DNA from: Octopus vulgaris
Lineage: Eukaryota
DNA: 64,000 nt
Reading direction: 5' to 3'
Assembly (NCBI GenBank): GCA_951406725.2
Contig: OX597822.1
Span: 29,326,001 to 29,390,000 of the forward strand
Shown here one piece after another: positions 37,960-51,020 of this stretch. A program made the translations under genes and the position numbers. Within the stretch, counting starts at the first letter, position 1. Every line of letters starts with the position of its first letter. The notes under the pieces were generated by a model, which saw only the letters and a program-made list of their open reading frames with translations, was not told where the DNA came from and ran no database searches.

Positions 37960-38795
37960 TTTACTCTTTTACTTGTTTCAGTCATTTTGATTGTGGTCAT
38001 GTTGGAGCACTGCCTTTAGTCAAACAAATTGAACCCAGGACTTATTCTCTGGAAGCCTAGTACTTGATTCTTTGTAAGTTTAGTACTTATTCTATTGGTC
38101 TCTCTTGCTGAACCGCTAAGTTTTGCGGACGTAAACACGCCAACATCGGTTGTCAAGTGATGATGAGGGGACAAACTCAGACACACAAATACATATATAT
38201 ATATATCATCATCATCATCATCATCGTTTAATGTCCTTTTCCATGCTAGCATGGGTTGGAGGGTTTGACCGGGTTCTGGGAAGCCAGGAGGCTGCACCAG
38301 GCTCAAGTCTGATCTGGCAGTGTTTCTACATCTGGATACCCTTCCTAATGCCAACCACTCTGTGAGTGTAGTGGGTGCTTTTTACATGCCACCGGCACCG
38401 GGGCCAGAGGAGGCTGGCAATGGTCACGATCAGTTGGTGCTCTTTACTTGTCACAGGCATGGACACCAGTCAAGGTGGCGCTGGTATCAGCTACGTTCAG
38501 ATGATGTTTTTTATGTGCCATCGGCATGCATATTACAACTACAATTTCCATTTGATTTTTATTTTGATGTTGATGTACAGCAGGTCACCCTATGATCCAA
38601 GGTAAGCACAGCAGACTGTCCTGCGAGCCATGATGACAGGCTTCTTTCAGTTTCTGTCTACCAAATCCACTCACAAACTTTGGCCGGCCCGAGGCTATAG
38701 TAGAAGACACTTGCCCAAGGTGCCACACGGTATGATTGAACCTGGAACTATATGGTTGGGAAGCAAGTTTCTTACCATACAGTCACTCCTGCACT
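37960..38795 (-). mobile_element. SINE A split by an RTE 3' UTR (~38205-38635) inserted at its internal microsatellite
   Basis: SINE A tail, then (cat)n RTE tail, then the SINE A core and head resume at gacaggcttctttcag. Confidence 0.75.
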
Positions 38796-40056
38796 TTTAT
38801 TTATTTTAAATATAATGTTTGTCACTGTTTGGTCTTTTGGTGGTGAATTGTGAATATCACATAGTGGCTATCTGTGGTTTATTTTAGTGAAATAAGGAAG
38901 TCTTCTAGCCACGGAAAAAGAAATATAAAAAAAAAAAACTCTCCAAAATCACATAAAAATGTCTTCACCTCCTCTCCATTTTGACCAATCCTAACATTTC
39001 AAGGTCATAATGAAACCCTGAAAATAAAACAAGATAAAGAAATATATCAGGAAATAAAGAAATAATTTATGTCTCAAGTTTATCAGCATTTCTTATCTTG
39101 CATGTGACATCAATTAGTGAATGAATTCTTTTAAATTTGTTTTTTTTTCTTCTCAGTTTTCAAAATATCTTAACTGTTTTACTATGTTTAAAAAATTTTT
39201 TTAAAGTTTAAAACATAATGATATAAAATAAAATTTTTCTTTAAATAAAAAAACAAAATTCATTCTTATTTATTTCATTTGCCTCTGAAACCTCAAGCAA
39301 AAAAAAAAAAGAAGAAGAAGAAGAAAGGAAAAAGAAAAATGTATTTATTTTGGCTCTGGGTTTCACATGGCATTTTCAAAAAAAAAAAAAAATGTTTTTT
39401 TTGTTAAAGTTGGTGCATTATTAAAATTACTGCAACTTTCAAGTGAAAAATTTGTTTTCACTTGGAATTGAACCAATATTTTTCAGAAGAGGAGGAGGAA
39501 GAGTCCTCCTCCTCCCCCCTCCTCCTTGTCGTTGTTGTCATCGTCGTTGTTTAATGTCTGTTTTCCATGCTGGCATTGGTCGGACAGTTCAACAACAGGA
39601 GCTTGCAAGCCAGAGAACTGCACGAAGCTCTCATATTTTCTTTGGTATGGTGTTGTGTCTGGAATGCTTTTTTTTTTTATTATGTGGTAGTGGCACCAGT
39701 AAGAAAACAACTGTTTTAATCGATCCTTGTATATCACTGGTACCTATTTCCCTCACTCACCTCCACTCCCCACACTTCTCTCCCTAGGCTTAAAAACAAA
39801 GTTGATGTTAATAAGATTTGAAATAAGAAATGTAGAACCATGAAACTAAATACTGTGAAGCATTTATTTCCTGTTGTATGCTTTACTGTGTTTGCCTGCA
39901 CTCAGTAAAAATTAACACAAGTCTTTTTGACTGTGGCAGATTTCAATAACCCAAGAAGACAAAGAAGAATTTGAAATTATGATATAATTTTGTATAGCGA
40001 GGAATTCAATCCTTTATTCCATTTCTGCTGTTTCCTCTACTTTAATAATAATAATA

Positions 40057-40490
40057 AACTTCAGACTAAAGTCATACCTCCTCATTGATATGACTGTCCC
40101 AATCGATATAAACACATCTATCAAGACCTACCAAAAACTGAGTAAATATGAAGATCTTGAAACAGAAATTAGCAAAATGTGGAACCTGAAGACTAAAACA
40201 ATACCTGTTGTCATAGGTGACTTGGAAATGATAGGAAAAGGGGTTGATTGCTACCTAACTGAGATACCAGGAAACCCCTAAATGGCAGAAATTCAAAAGA
40301 TGGTGATCATGAGAACTGCTCATATCCTACGCAGAATACTTTCTATGTAATCTCAAGTTTTAAAGCAAACATAATTTTCTTATGGTTTCTTAAACATTCT
40401 CTAGAACAACACTGTACAAAACCAAATATATGGCACCCTAGGCATAACACCAACACAAACTTCCAACTTGTTGTCTCTCGAGGTCTCTAG
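40057..40490 (+). mobile_element. Second R4/Dong-type REL LINE 3' fragment (different subfamily)
   Basis: LLIDMTVPID...QKLSKYEDLETEISKMWNLKTKTIPVVIG...IQKMVIMRTAHILRRILS; preceded by (taa)n. Confidence 0.85.
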
Positions 40491-41188
40491 GTTTACAAAG
40501 AATAAGTCCTGGGGTCGATTTGCTCGACTAAAGGTGGTGCTCCAGCATGGCCGCAGTCAAATGACTGAAACAAGTAAAAGAGTAACTTAGGCAAAGGGCC
40601 AGCAATTTATTGGAGGGAAATGCTTAATTGTATCAGTTCTTATGTACTGCCATAGTGATGTCATGAGACTTCATGGGAAAATACATGTCTTACTGTTTAA
40701 ACAGCTTCTGGAAAAGCGGTAAATATATTTATTGCTTTTGAATTTAAGACTAACTATTTGTCCCCCACCTTTTTTTTTTTTCCCATTCATCTTTATAAAG
40801 TTATATGCATTGTTTCAATGTCAAGAAATATTTCAAGGTTAAAGAGGCTGGTCTTCAGGGCTTGTTTTGAGATATAGGGAGCATTGTTCTTTCGGCATGA
40901 CACGATTGGGTGCAGCAATCTGAATGCTGGTGATTTGGCATGACTGGACTGGACATTGAGCCGGTTTTGGCAGACAGTACTTTACAGTGCTGAAAGCAAA
41001 CATCTACACACATGCACACATGCGCATACACACACACACAGAGGAATGTGGCACAGAAATGTAGACATACAGAAAGAGTGAGAGAGGGGGAAATTGGAAG
41101 ACAGACAGACAGAGAGACATTGCAATTTATCAATTGGATGCAGACTTAAACACACACACAGAAATATGTTCACACACAGAGTGAGGGA

Positions 41189-41224
<36 letters not shown>

Positions 41225-41313
41225 TAGAGAGAGAGAGAGAGAGGGGAAGAGAGTCAGAGGGAGGGAAACATTGAGAGAGAGAGAGATGTTACAATTCATT
41301 AATTGAACACAAT

Positions 41314-42679
41314 TGACATAAACATATAAAGAGAATTATATACTCACTTCCAGTGCCAAAAAAAGCACTGTCATCAAAATAAGTTCCATATCCAGGCAGC
41401 TGTGCCAAATTGTCAGCATCCAAACAGCTGTATCCAACATCTTATTCTGTCCTGGCACAGTTTCGTGAAATACATCTCGGTTGTGGCCATTTGATGGTGA
41501 GGGTGGTGGTGGGGATGATGATGGTGGTGAGGATGGTGGTGGTGGTGAAGATGATGATGGTAGTGAAGAAGATAATGATGATGGTGATGGTGTGGATAAT
41601 GATGATGATGGTAGTAGCAGTGAGGATGATGATGGTGTTGGTGTTGGTGGTAGTGATGGTGGTGATGAAGATGATGGAGAAGTTAGCCTTCAGTTCCCTT
41701 CAAACTTGACTGAATGAAAGACAAGAGTGGACAAAGACAATATTTGAACTCGGAATTTGGAATTATGGATGCAATAAATTCAAAGTAGATTCAGTCAAAG
41801 TTTCTAGGATCTTTTTGGTTTGAACGACAGTATTTTCTAGCGGTGTCATATGAAATTGTCACCCATAATTATGACCCTAGTATCGATCTATTGCATTTCA
41901 ATCTGTGTTAGGGTTAGGGGTGGGGGGAAGGGTATCTTTTTTTCTTCAGAAATGTAAATAAACCCAATCTATTTCTTAAACGAGGGACATATTCATATGG
42001 CACAGAATGTTTTTTACCTCAATGGACGTCATCGATTGGTTGAAATTGCAGAAATTGAAGATAAAAAAACAACAAATATCTTACAAACCGTAGAATTTTC
42101 TCAATAAAGCCAAGAGAAAAAGATGTTTTATAAACACATTCTACCAGTATATGAAGTTAAAATTTTTTTAGTTACCTAGAAATCATGTTAAAAACTGCCG
42201 TTCAAACCGAAAAGATCCAGTTTCTAGAATCCAGCTCTTTATTGTAGTGCAGAAAATATGCCTCGTTAGATGAAAAAAAAAAAAAAAAAAAAAATTAAAA
42301 GGATGTCAAAGTAAATTTTTAATTATTGTATCCATGTTAGCTGTTTGTTGTCTGTATTATTAGTGTATGACTGAAATTTTTTTTAATGTTTTTTTGCCTA
42401 ATTAATTTGTTGGCCTACTCAACTGTTGCTGGTAATTATAGTTTTATAGATATTCATTGAAACAGCTATTGGGATTGCCCTCTATATCTACCAACAACAA
42501 CACTACCACCACTGCCGCCATCACAACTACAACCACAGTAATACTACTAAGTACTATTACCGACACTATTGGCAACTCTGTGACCATGACTACTACCACA
42601 GAACTACTACAACTGCTGCTGCTACTACTACTGGTAGTAGTAATAGCATCCTCACCAGCACCACCAGTAGCACCATCAT

Positions 42680-42711
<32 letters not shown>

Positions 42712-43248
42712 CCACCACCACCACCCTCACCACCACTCACCACCACCAACCTCACCACCACCATCATCAATCTCACCACCACCATCATTATCTTCCTCAC
42801 CATCATCATCATCCTCACCACCGTTATCATCCTCAGCATCACGCTCACCACCCTCACCATCATCATCAACCTCACCATCATCATCAACCTCACCACCACC
42901 ACTATCCGCATCACCACCATCCTCACCATCGCCATCACACCACCACCACCATCGCCATCACCATCATCATCAAAAGGCGACATCCAAGATGTATTTCACG
43001 ACCCTGTGCCAGGACAGAATAAGACGTTGGGTACAGCTGCCTTTTCATCCTTTCAGGGTCTATAAATTAAGTACCGGTTGTGTACTGGGGTCGATCTAAT
43101 CGACTGGTCTCCTCTCCAAAAATTTCGGGCCTTGTGCCTAGAGTAGAAAAGAATTTGGCACAGCTGCCTGGATATGGAACTTGTTTTGGTGAGTGCTTTT
43201 TTTTGGCACGGGAAGCAAATATATAATTCTCTTTATGTGTTTATGTCA
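41314..43248. repeat. Inverted duplication: arms 41314-~41680 and ~42700-43248
   Basis: The ~185-bp unique segment 41314-41499 is the reverse complement of 42968-43039 plus 43152-43248; the adjoining (GGT/GAT)n and (ACC/ATC)n tracts are also complementary. Confidence 0.85.
41807..42218. mobile_element. MITE with 8-bp TSD (Merlin-like)
   Basis: TIR ggatctttttggtttgaacgacag/ctgccgttcaaaccgaaaagatcc, TSD agtttcta on both sides; GG termini. Confidence 0.85.
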
Positions 43249-43388
43249 CTGAACATAAAAAGAAGGAAGGGTATATTGGATAGTGTAATGTAGTTTTCAA
43301 AATGCTGTTGATCATAGTTTTGCTCACTCAGGGCTGGCCTAGGGCTACAGAACAACAACAACAACAATTATTACTAAATAAGTTCTAT

Positions 43389-44135
43389 AGGTCCAGGAGT
43401 GGCTGTGTGGTAAGTATCTTGCTTACCGACCACATGGTTCCGGGTTCAGTCCCACTGCGTGGCACCTTGGGCAAGTGTCTTCTACTATAGCCTCAGGCCA
43501 ACCAAAGCCTTGTGAGTGGATTTGGTAAACGGAAACTGAAAGAAGCCTGTCATATATATATATATATATGTATGTATGTGTGTGTATATGTTTGTGTGTC
43601 TGTGTTTGTATCCCCAATATCGCTTGACAACTGGTGCTGGTATACTCTTTTACTCGTTTCAGTCATTTTGACTGCGGCCATGCTGGAGCACCACCTTTTA
43701 GTACTTATTCTATCGGTCTCTTTTTTTTGCCGAACCGCTAAGTGACGGGGACCTAAACACACCAGCATCGGTTGTCAAGCAATGCTAGGGGGACAAACAC
43801 AGACACACAAACACAGACACATATACATATATACGACAGGCTTCTTTCAGTTTCCGTCTACCAAATCCACTCACAAGGCATTGGTCGGCCCGGGGCTATA
43901 GCAGAAGACACTTGCCCAAGATGCCACGCAGTGGGACCGAACCCGCAACCGTGTGGTTGGTTAGCAAGCTACTTACCACACATCCCCGTAACTTAGCGGT
44001 TCAGCAAAAGAGACCGATAGAATAAGTACTAGGCTTACAAAGAATAAGTTCTGGGGTCGATTTGTTCGACTAAAAGGCAATCCTCTGGCATGGTCACAGT
44101 CAAATGACTGAAACAAGTAAAAGAATAAAAGAGTA
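43389..44135 (+). mobile_element. SINE A interrupted by an antisense SINE A (43643-43980)
   Basis: The plus copy stops at ctggtgctgg and resumes at catccccgtaacttagc. Confidence 0.8.
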
Positions 44136-44144
44136 AACGTGTGA

Positions 44145-44445
44145 TATTGAAAGGCGTTTTAATGTTGACAATCATGAGGTAGTGAGTTCGAATCCCGGAC
44201 CGGGCTGCATGTTGTGTTCTTGAGCAAGACCCCTCATTTCATGTTGCTCTTGTTCACTGAGCTGTAGAAATGAGTTGTGACATCACTGGTGCCAAACTGT
44301 ATCGGCCCCTTTGCCTTTCCCTTGGACAACATTGGTAATGTGGAGAGGAGAGGCTGGTATGCATAGGTGACTGCTAGTCTTCCATAAACAATCTTGCCCA
44401 GACTTGTGCAATCCGATAGTCATTCATGACTGGTGGGGGTGGGGT
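44145..44445 (+). mobile_element. SINE family C
   Basis: gagttcgaatcccggacc...ttcttgagcaagac...ctgtagaaatgagttg. Confidence 0.8.
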
Positions 44446-44945
44446 CCCTCTATTTGTGATGGGTGTTGTTACTGTTGTATTCATTGGACAGGAGATCAAT
44501 AAGGTCTCAGAGATTGATTCTTTGGCACTGATTTGCTTCTGGCCATGCTGGAGCACTGCCTCAAAAGGGTTTTTTGTACATGTATATTTTTTAAGACTTG
44601 TACTCTTTTGCTGAACTGCTAAGTTATGTGAGACATAAACAAACCAACTTTGGTTGGTGTAGGTGATGATGGTGGACGAACAAAGATACACATGCACACA
44701 CATGCATAATGGGCTTCCACACAGTTTCCATCTTGAAATTCGTTCACAAGGCATTGGTTGGCCTGTAGCTATAATAGATGAAAACCTGCCCATGGTGATG
44801 CACTGTGAGATTGAACCCAAACCCACATGATTGCAAAGTGAACTTCTTAACTGCACAGCCATACCTGCATCTTTCATATTTCTGTTGAAATATTGTGCCT
44901 TTCTTTCTTATGGTTAATAAAGTACCATTGCAATATTGGGGTTGA

Positions 44946-45243
44946 TTCTTCTTCTTCTTCTTCTTCTTCTTCTTCTTCCTCTCTTCCTCACTCCTCCTTC
45001 TCTTCCTTCTCGTCCCCCTCTTCACTCTCCTCCTCCTCTTCACTCTCCTGCTCTTCATTCTCCTCCTCCCCTCCACTCTCCTGCTCTTCACTCTCCTCCT
45101 CCTCTTCACTCTCCTGCTCTTCACTCTCCTCCTCCCCTCCCCTCCACACCTCCCCTCCACACCTCCCCTCTCCTCCTCCTCTTCACTCCCCCCTCACCCC
45201 TTCTCCTTCACCCCACCCATCCTCTTCTGACTTTCCATTCCCC
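44946..45243. repeat. Polypyrimidine tract with (CTT)n and ~33-bp internal repeats
   Basis: cactctcctgctcttcactctcctcctc repeated; almost purely C/T on +. Confidence 0.9.
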
Positions 45244-45652
45244 TAGTGGCATGTCATCCATCTTTATGGTTTGAGTTCAAATTCCGCCATGGTCGACTTT
45301 GCCTTTCATCCTTTCAGGGTCGATAAAATACGTAACAGTTGAGCGCCGGGGTTGATATAACCGAGCAGGAAGAATTATTCATAGCTTCGTTTGTTCACAA
45401 TCCCTTCGCCTCTTTCCATGGTTTTTCTCCCTATTCCTCTCAGAGATTTTGGCTTCAGTTTGAGCTTAAGTGTTCACTGTTTTTTTTTGCATTCGTAGTG
45501 AAAGCAAGACAAACCTTCATCATAGGTACCTACAATTCCTCTATTTGGTATGTTGCTGACAGTACCATAAACGTATTGTCGAGTCAGCATTCCATCTTGT
45601 ACGCTGAATGCGTAACAATGGACATGGGAGGAAAAGTATATGCATACATACA

Positions 45653-45687
<35 letters not shown>

Positions 45688-46421
45688 TCACACACATGCA
45701 CAGTGTCAGTGTTGATTATTAGATTTGAAAGCATTAAACAAATGAGAACCAGATTTTTTGTCTGGTGGAACACTAGTTTACTGCTAGTAACTTTTCTGCT
45801 AAAATTGCCCTGTTATGATGTGTCAACAAGATAAAATGTAGTATGTAAAAATTTAAAGAGTCTGACCTCACGACTCAATGAAATAACTGTGAGTGTAACT
45901 GCCTTCTTCTTGTTCTTCATGCAGCTGCAATTGAGATGCATTTCACCAGACTGCACCAGAAATCTCTGTCTCCATTAGCTATGGTAGGGCCGTAATTTCA
46001 TGTTGTGTGTCTCTATCAATAATAATCACTGTAGGTGCAGGCATGGCTGTGTGGTTTTAAAACTTGCTTCCCAAACATGTGGTCTTTGGTTCTGTCTCAT
46101 TGCATGGCACTTTGGGCAAGTGTGTTCTACTTTGATCTTGGACCAGCTAAAGCTTTGTGGGTGGATTTGGTTGGCGGAAACTGAAAGAAGCACTTAATGT
46201 GTATGTGTGTGAGTGACATCACATGATGGTTGTAAGTAAGCATCGCCATCATACATGCAGTGTTTGTTTCCAATCTTTCATGGAATACATGTTCGGACAT
46301 GGGAAATATTATCTTATTTGGAAACAAATGAAGGTTGATGACAGGAAGGATATCCAGCCATAGAAAATCTGCTTCAACTAATTCCATCTGACCCATGCAG
46401 GCATGGGAAAGTGGAAGTTAA

Positions 46422-46642
46422 CCCTTTCGTTACCAACCCGGCTGAAACCGGCTCTGGCTCTGTAGCATAAATGTCTTGTTTTCATAAGTTTTGAATTAAA
46501 ATCTTCCACCAAATCTTAGTCACAATTTATGTTCCTAACGCTAGCTTGATGATAACTAAGTTATTTTACTAAATTCTTTGTTATATTTAAAATAATTGAA
46601 AGAAACACAGAGCATCTCAAAATAAATTCGGTAATGAAAGGG
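46422..46642. mobile_element. piggyBac-type MITE P1
   Basis: TTAA TSD, ccctttcgttac/gtaatgaaaggg; inserted in the TTAA of an RTE-like SINE tail. Confidence 0.9.
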
Positions 46643-46851
46643 TTAAATTTTGATAATAATAATAATGATGGTGATGATATTGATGGTGTAAGTGAGTGGT
46701 CTTCATCCCCTTTTAGAGTATGGAAGTCTCCAAAATATAACATCTGATATGTTGTGGTGTTCAGCTTAAAAGCAGAGGTCAGTGATGTTTTTGCATTAAC
46801 TCCTTAGCATTCAGATTATTCTGCCAAATGTACTGCTTGCTTATTCACATT

Positions 46852-47270
46852 CATCATCATCATCATCGTTTAACGTCCGCTTTCCATGCTAGCATGGGTT
46901 GGACGATTTGACTGAGGGCTGGCGAACCAGATGGCTGCACCAGGCTCCAGTCTTAACCTGGCAGAGTTTCTACAGCTGGATGCTGTTCCTAACGCCAAAG
47001 ACTCCAAGAGTGTAGTGGGTGCTTTTATGTGCCACCAGCACGCGGGCCAGTCAGGTGGTACTGGCAACGACCTCGCTTGAATTTATTTTACACATGCCAC
47101 CGGCACAGGTGCCAGTAAGGTGACGATCACGCTCGAATGGTGCCTTTTACGTGCCACTGGCACGGAAGCCAGTTAGCTGTTCTGGCAATGATCACACACG
47201 GATGGTGCTCTTAGCACCCTACTAGCACGGGGCACAAGTGCCAGTAAGGCGACACTGGTAACGATCATAC
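46852..47270 (-). mobile_element. RTE LINE 3' UTR with repeat array, inserted in a P2 MITE
   Basis: (cat)n-cgtttaacgtccgctttccatgctagc and gtgccac repeat units. Confidence 0.8.
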
Positions 47271-47454
47271 TGTTTTGTATTAATCCTGATTTATATTGTA
47301 GCTCTGAGATTTTGCTGATGTGATTGTTTATTTTTAGAATGATATTATAGGGGAGGTGTAAGAGGCCATATCTGGTTAGTATAAACATAAAACAGGTAGA
47401 ATAGTTAGGCTCTGACATGGCTAGTTTGAATTCTAAGGGGTTAACTAATAATAG

Positions 47455-47790
47455 AAGATATTGGTGGGGAGTGCCCATGAATCACCTCTTTGGTCTTGTT
47501 CTCACATTATGAACTGTCTTGAGCTTTCATGAAAAGCCTGATGTACGTATTTTCAAGGTGATCTTCAAGCTATTTTCTCACAGTCTAGGTTTCAGCTCTG
47601 TAGAAGGGAATGTTGTCTGCACATTGCCTAAAGGAGGTCAGCTTCATTAACTTTGAAACACTTGATTGCCAGATGTTTAGAAACTTATTAAAACCACTCC
47701 AGAATCTTTCTTACTGCCAGATGTGGTATAAGAAATCTTGTTCTAAGATCCTGTTGTCTAGGATTCCATATCTACTGAGTCATTTCTATT
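47455..47790 (-). pseudogene. Decayed RTE-clade reverse transcriptase C-terminal remnant
   Basis: Minus strand reads FNKFLNIWQS...FRQCADNIPFYRAET*T...LENTYIRLFMKAQ...EVIHGHSPPIS, resembling RTE LLYGAETWT...DGTYTRML...LYGNLPPIS; contains stops. Confidence 0.6.
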
Positions 47791-48637
47791 CTAGGTAGTC
47801 TTCTTTGTATGGCAACAATTAAAAATGAATAATAGTAGTGGTGGTGGGGAGATATGTGTTTTGATCAGAAAGATTTGTAGCCATAAAATCCTGCCTCAAA
47901 TAAGTCTCCATCTAACCCATGCTAGCATGGGAAAATAGATGTTAAACCAGTGACTGAAGGCCAATAACTTGGGATGGATTTCTGTGCCAGCTTTTTTTGT
48001 ATGCCAACGTATCTTTCTTTTAGTTTTTTTACTTGTTTCAGTCATTTGACTGCGACCATGCTGGGGCATTGCTTTGAAGGTTTAGTTAAACAAATGAATT
48101 CCAGTACTTATTTGAAAAAAAAAAATGCCTGGTAGTTATCCTATCACCCTCTTTTATTAAATTACTATGATACTGAAAGAAGCCCATCGTATATCATCAT
48201 CATCATCATCATCGTTTAACGTCCATTTTCCATGCTAGCATGGGTTGGATGGTTCAACTGGGGTCTGGGAATATATATAAAAATGTATATATTTATAGTT
48301 AAGTTAAGTATGACTTTCCTTTAATCCTGTTAATACCAGTCCAACTGGGACCATCTCTACTTCTGTGACACAAAGATTCTTTTATAAAATTATCCTTCCA
48401 TCATTTGATGTAGATTATAACCTTCCATCAAATTTTTATGTTAATGTTCCAAGCACCAGTTTAACCCTTTAACATATAAACCAACCATATCCAGCCAAAA
48501 ATATTCCTCCAGATATGGCCTCTCACACTGACCCCACAGTATCATTGTAAAAATTAAGTTACCTCATCAGAATCTCAAAGCTGCAAGACAATACCTGGTT
48601 AATCCAAAACAATGTTAATAAATATTACTTTTGAGGA

Positions 48638-48990
48638 AGTGAAGGCTCATAGCTCAGTGGTTAGAGTGTTGGGCTCACAATCAAGAGGTAGTGTGTTCGA
48701 TGCCTGGACCAGGTTGTGTGTTGTGTTCTTGAGCAAGAGACTTTATTTCATGTTACTCCATTTCACTAAACTGTAGAAATGAGTTGCAACATCACTGGTG
48801 CCAAGCTGTATTGGCCTTTGCCTTTCTCTTGGATAACATCGGTGGCACGAAGAGGGGAAGCTGGTATGCATGGGAAATTGCTGGTATTCCATAAACAAAC
48901 ATACCCAGACTTGTGCCTCGGAGGGTAACTTTCTAGGTGCAATCCCATGGTCATTCATGACCAAAGGTGGTGGGGGTCTTTCTTTACCCT
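48638..48990 (+). mobile_element. SINE family C, full length
   Basis: A/B boxes; 13-bp TSD ttacttttgagga; nested in piggyBac-type MITEs. Confidence 0.9.
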
Positions 48991-49927
48991 TTACTTTTGA
49001 GGAGAAAAATGTGAATGCTAAAAAGTTATTTTACTGAATTCTTTATTATTTTCAAAACCATTTGAAACCATTATAGTGTATTTCAACAAAGATAGGGTAA
49101 CAAAAGAGTTAACCTTTATACTTCTTTCAGAAGGTCACACTTTAGTTTTTTTTTTAAAGGTCAGGTCCCTTCACATCTGCCCTAGAGTGTGATTTGAGGG
49201 ATGGATGAAGGGGACTGGCTGGCTGGCTAGCTGGTGTTTCTAGCAGACTGAGCAACTGTATTGAGGGCTTTCTCATTGGTTAAACAGGCCGGCCGGCCAG
49301 CTGGCTGCCTCCGCTGCCTCATCGCCAGCATGTGTTCTTGATTGGTGCGATGATTTTCTCACATTTGGACTGAAGTGTTGAATGTTGTAGGCATTTATGT
49401 AAGTTTAGATGAAAACAGTTAAGATTGCAAAGTGCTTTATTATAGGCAATTAAAAGTGAAGTCTTGAATTGCCAGCTCAAATACATGTCCCCATACACAC
49501 ACACAAATACATGTACATGCACACGTGCACACACACACACACATGCTATATAATTTGTTTCTTCATTGTTTTTTTCCCTTTTTCTCTCTGTTTTTCTTCT
49601 TTTCTTTTTTGCGTTTGTTAGCCATTTCTGTTCGGTGGGGTTTACACCTTCTTAAGCTGCGTGTTCTAACATAAAGCCGACACTTTTCCATTCTTCGCTT
49701 CAATGCCATAACCCGCTCTTTCCATACCCATCCACACTGATTTCCTACTCCACTTTCCATTTTTAATTTTTTTTTTTTTTAAATATTTTTCTTTTTTTAT
49801 TTTGTCATTCAAGCTTAATTCATGAAATCTGTTTCCAATTTACTTCATGACTGATGCTTCCATTCACAAAATGGTAACTGTTAAGGTTACAATATATCTT
49901 TTCTTTTGAGGAGCATTTTTCCCTTTT

Positions 49928-50037
<110 letters not shown>

Positions 50038-50215
50038 ACTTATATGTGTGTGTGTGTCATAACTTGCACTTTCTCTCATGTACATAATTTCATTTTTCCC
50101 CTTCATTGTTCCATTCCCCAGACATTTTGGTTTTCATCCGTTTTTATTATTTGCTCACCACTTTTTTTCATACATGAACACATGCGCGTGTGCACAGGCA
50201 TACACATGCACACTT

Positions 50216-50250
<35 letters not shown>

Positions 50251-50684
50251 AATGTACACGACGTCTCCCTCTCTTCCTCTTATTCACATATCTCTCTTTC
50301 TCTCTCTCTCTTTCTCACACACACACACACTCACACACATATGTATACATGCATAGGTACTCATACAACAAGTTTATGATGTTCTTTTACTTTTCTAAAC
50401 TAATTTTCCTTCTCACATGTATTAAAAGAAAATATCAAATATGAATAATAATAGAAAAAAAACTTTATCCTATAATCCTGTATATAAAACTCCTGTGCTT
50501 GTATAGGTGCAGGAGTGGTTCTGCGATAAGAAGATTACTTCCCAACTGCATAGTTCCGGGTTCAGTCCCACTGTGTGGTACCTCGGGCAAGTGTCTTTTA
50601 CTATAGCCTTGAGCCAGTCAAAGCCTGTGAGAGGATTTGGTAGATGGAAACTGAAAGAAGCTCATCAGGTGTGTATGTGTGTAT

Positions 50685-51020
50685 AAAGGATAAAGACCCC
50701 CTTCGGTCATGATGACCATGGGATTGTACCTAGAAAGTTCTCCTCCTAGGCACAAATTTGGGCAAGGTTGTTTTTGGAAGACCAGTAGTCGCCCATGCAA
50801 AAAAGCCTTCCCTCTCCATGCCACCAATGACATCCAAGGGAAAAGCAAATAATGATACAGCTTGGCACCAGTGACATTGCAACTCATTTCTACAACTGAG
50901 TAAGCTGGAGCAATGTGAAATAAAGTGTCTTGCTCAAGAACACAACACACAGCCCCGTCTGGGAATCGAACTCACTATCTCATGATTGTGAGCCTGACAC
51001 TCTAACCACTGAGCCATGTG
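50685..51020 (-). mobile_element. SINE family C
   Basis: Family C in reverse. Confidence 0.8.

Noticed and set aside
42444-43065. 179-aa and 202-aa low-complexity ORFs
   Set aside because: Trinucleotide repeat tracts; only the last ~25 codons are unique and belong to the inverted duplication.
44744-45274. Arg-rich protamine-like and Pro/Ser-rich extensin-like ORFs
   Set aside because: Translations of the polypurine/polypyrimidine tract.
45365-45640. Unique CpG-containing stretch with ORFs on both strands
   Set aside because: No recognisable motif or splice sites; cannot be classified without a database search.
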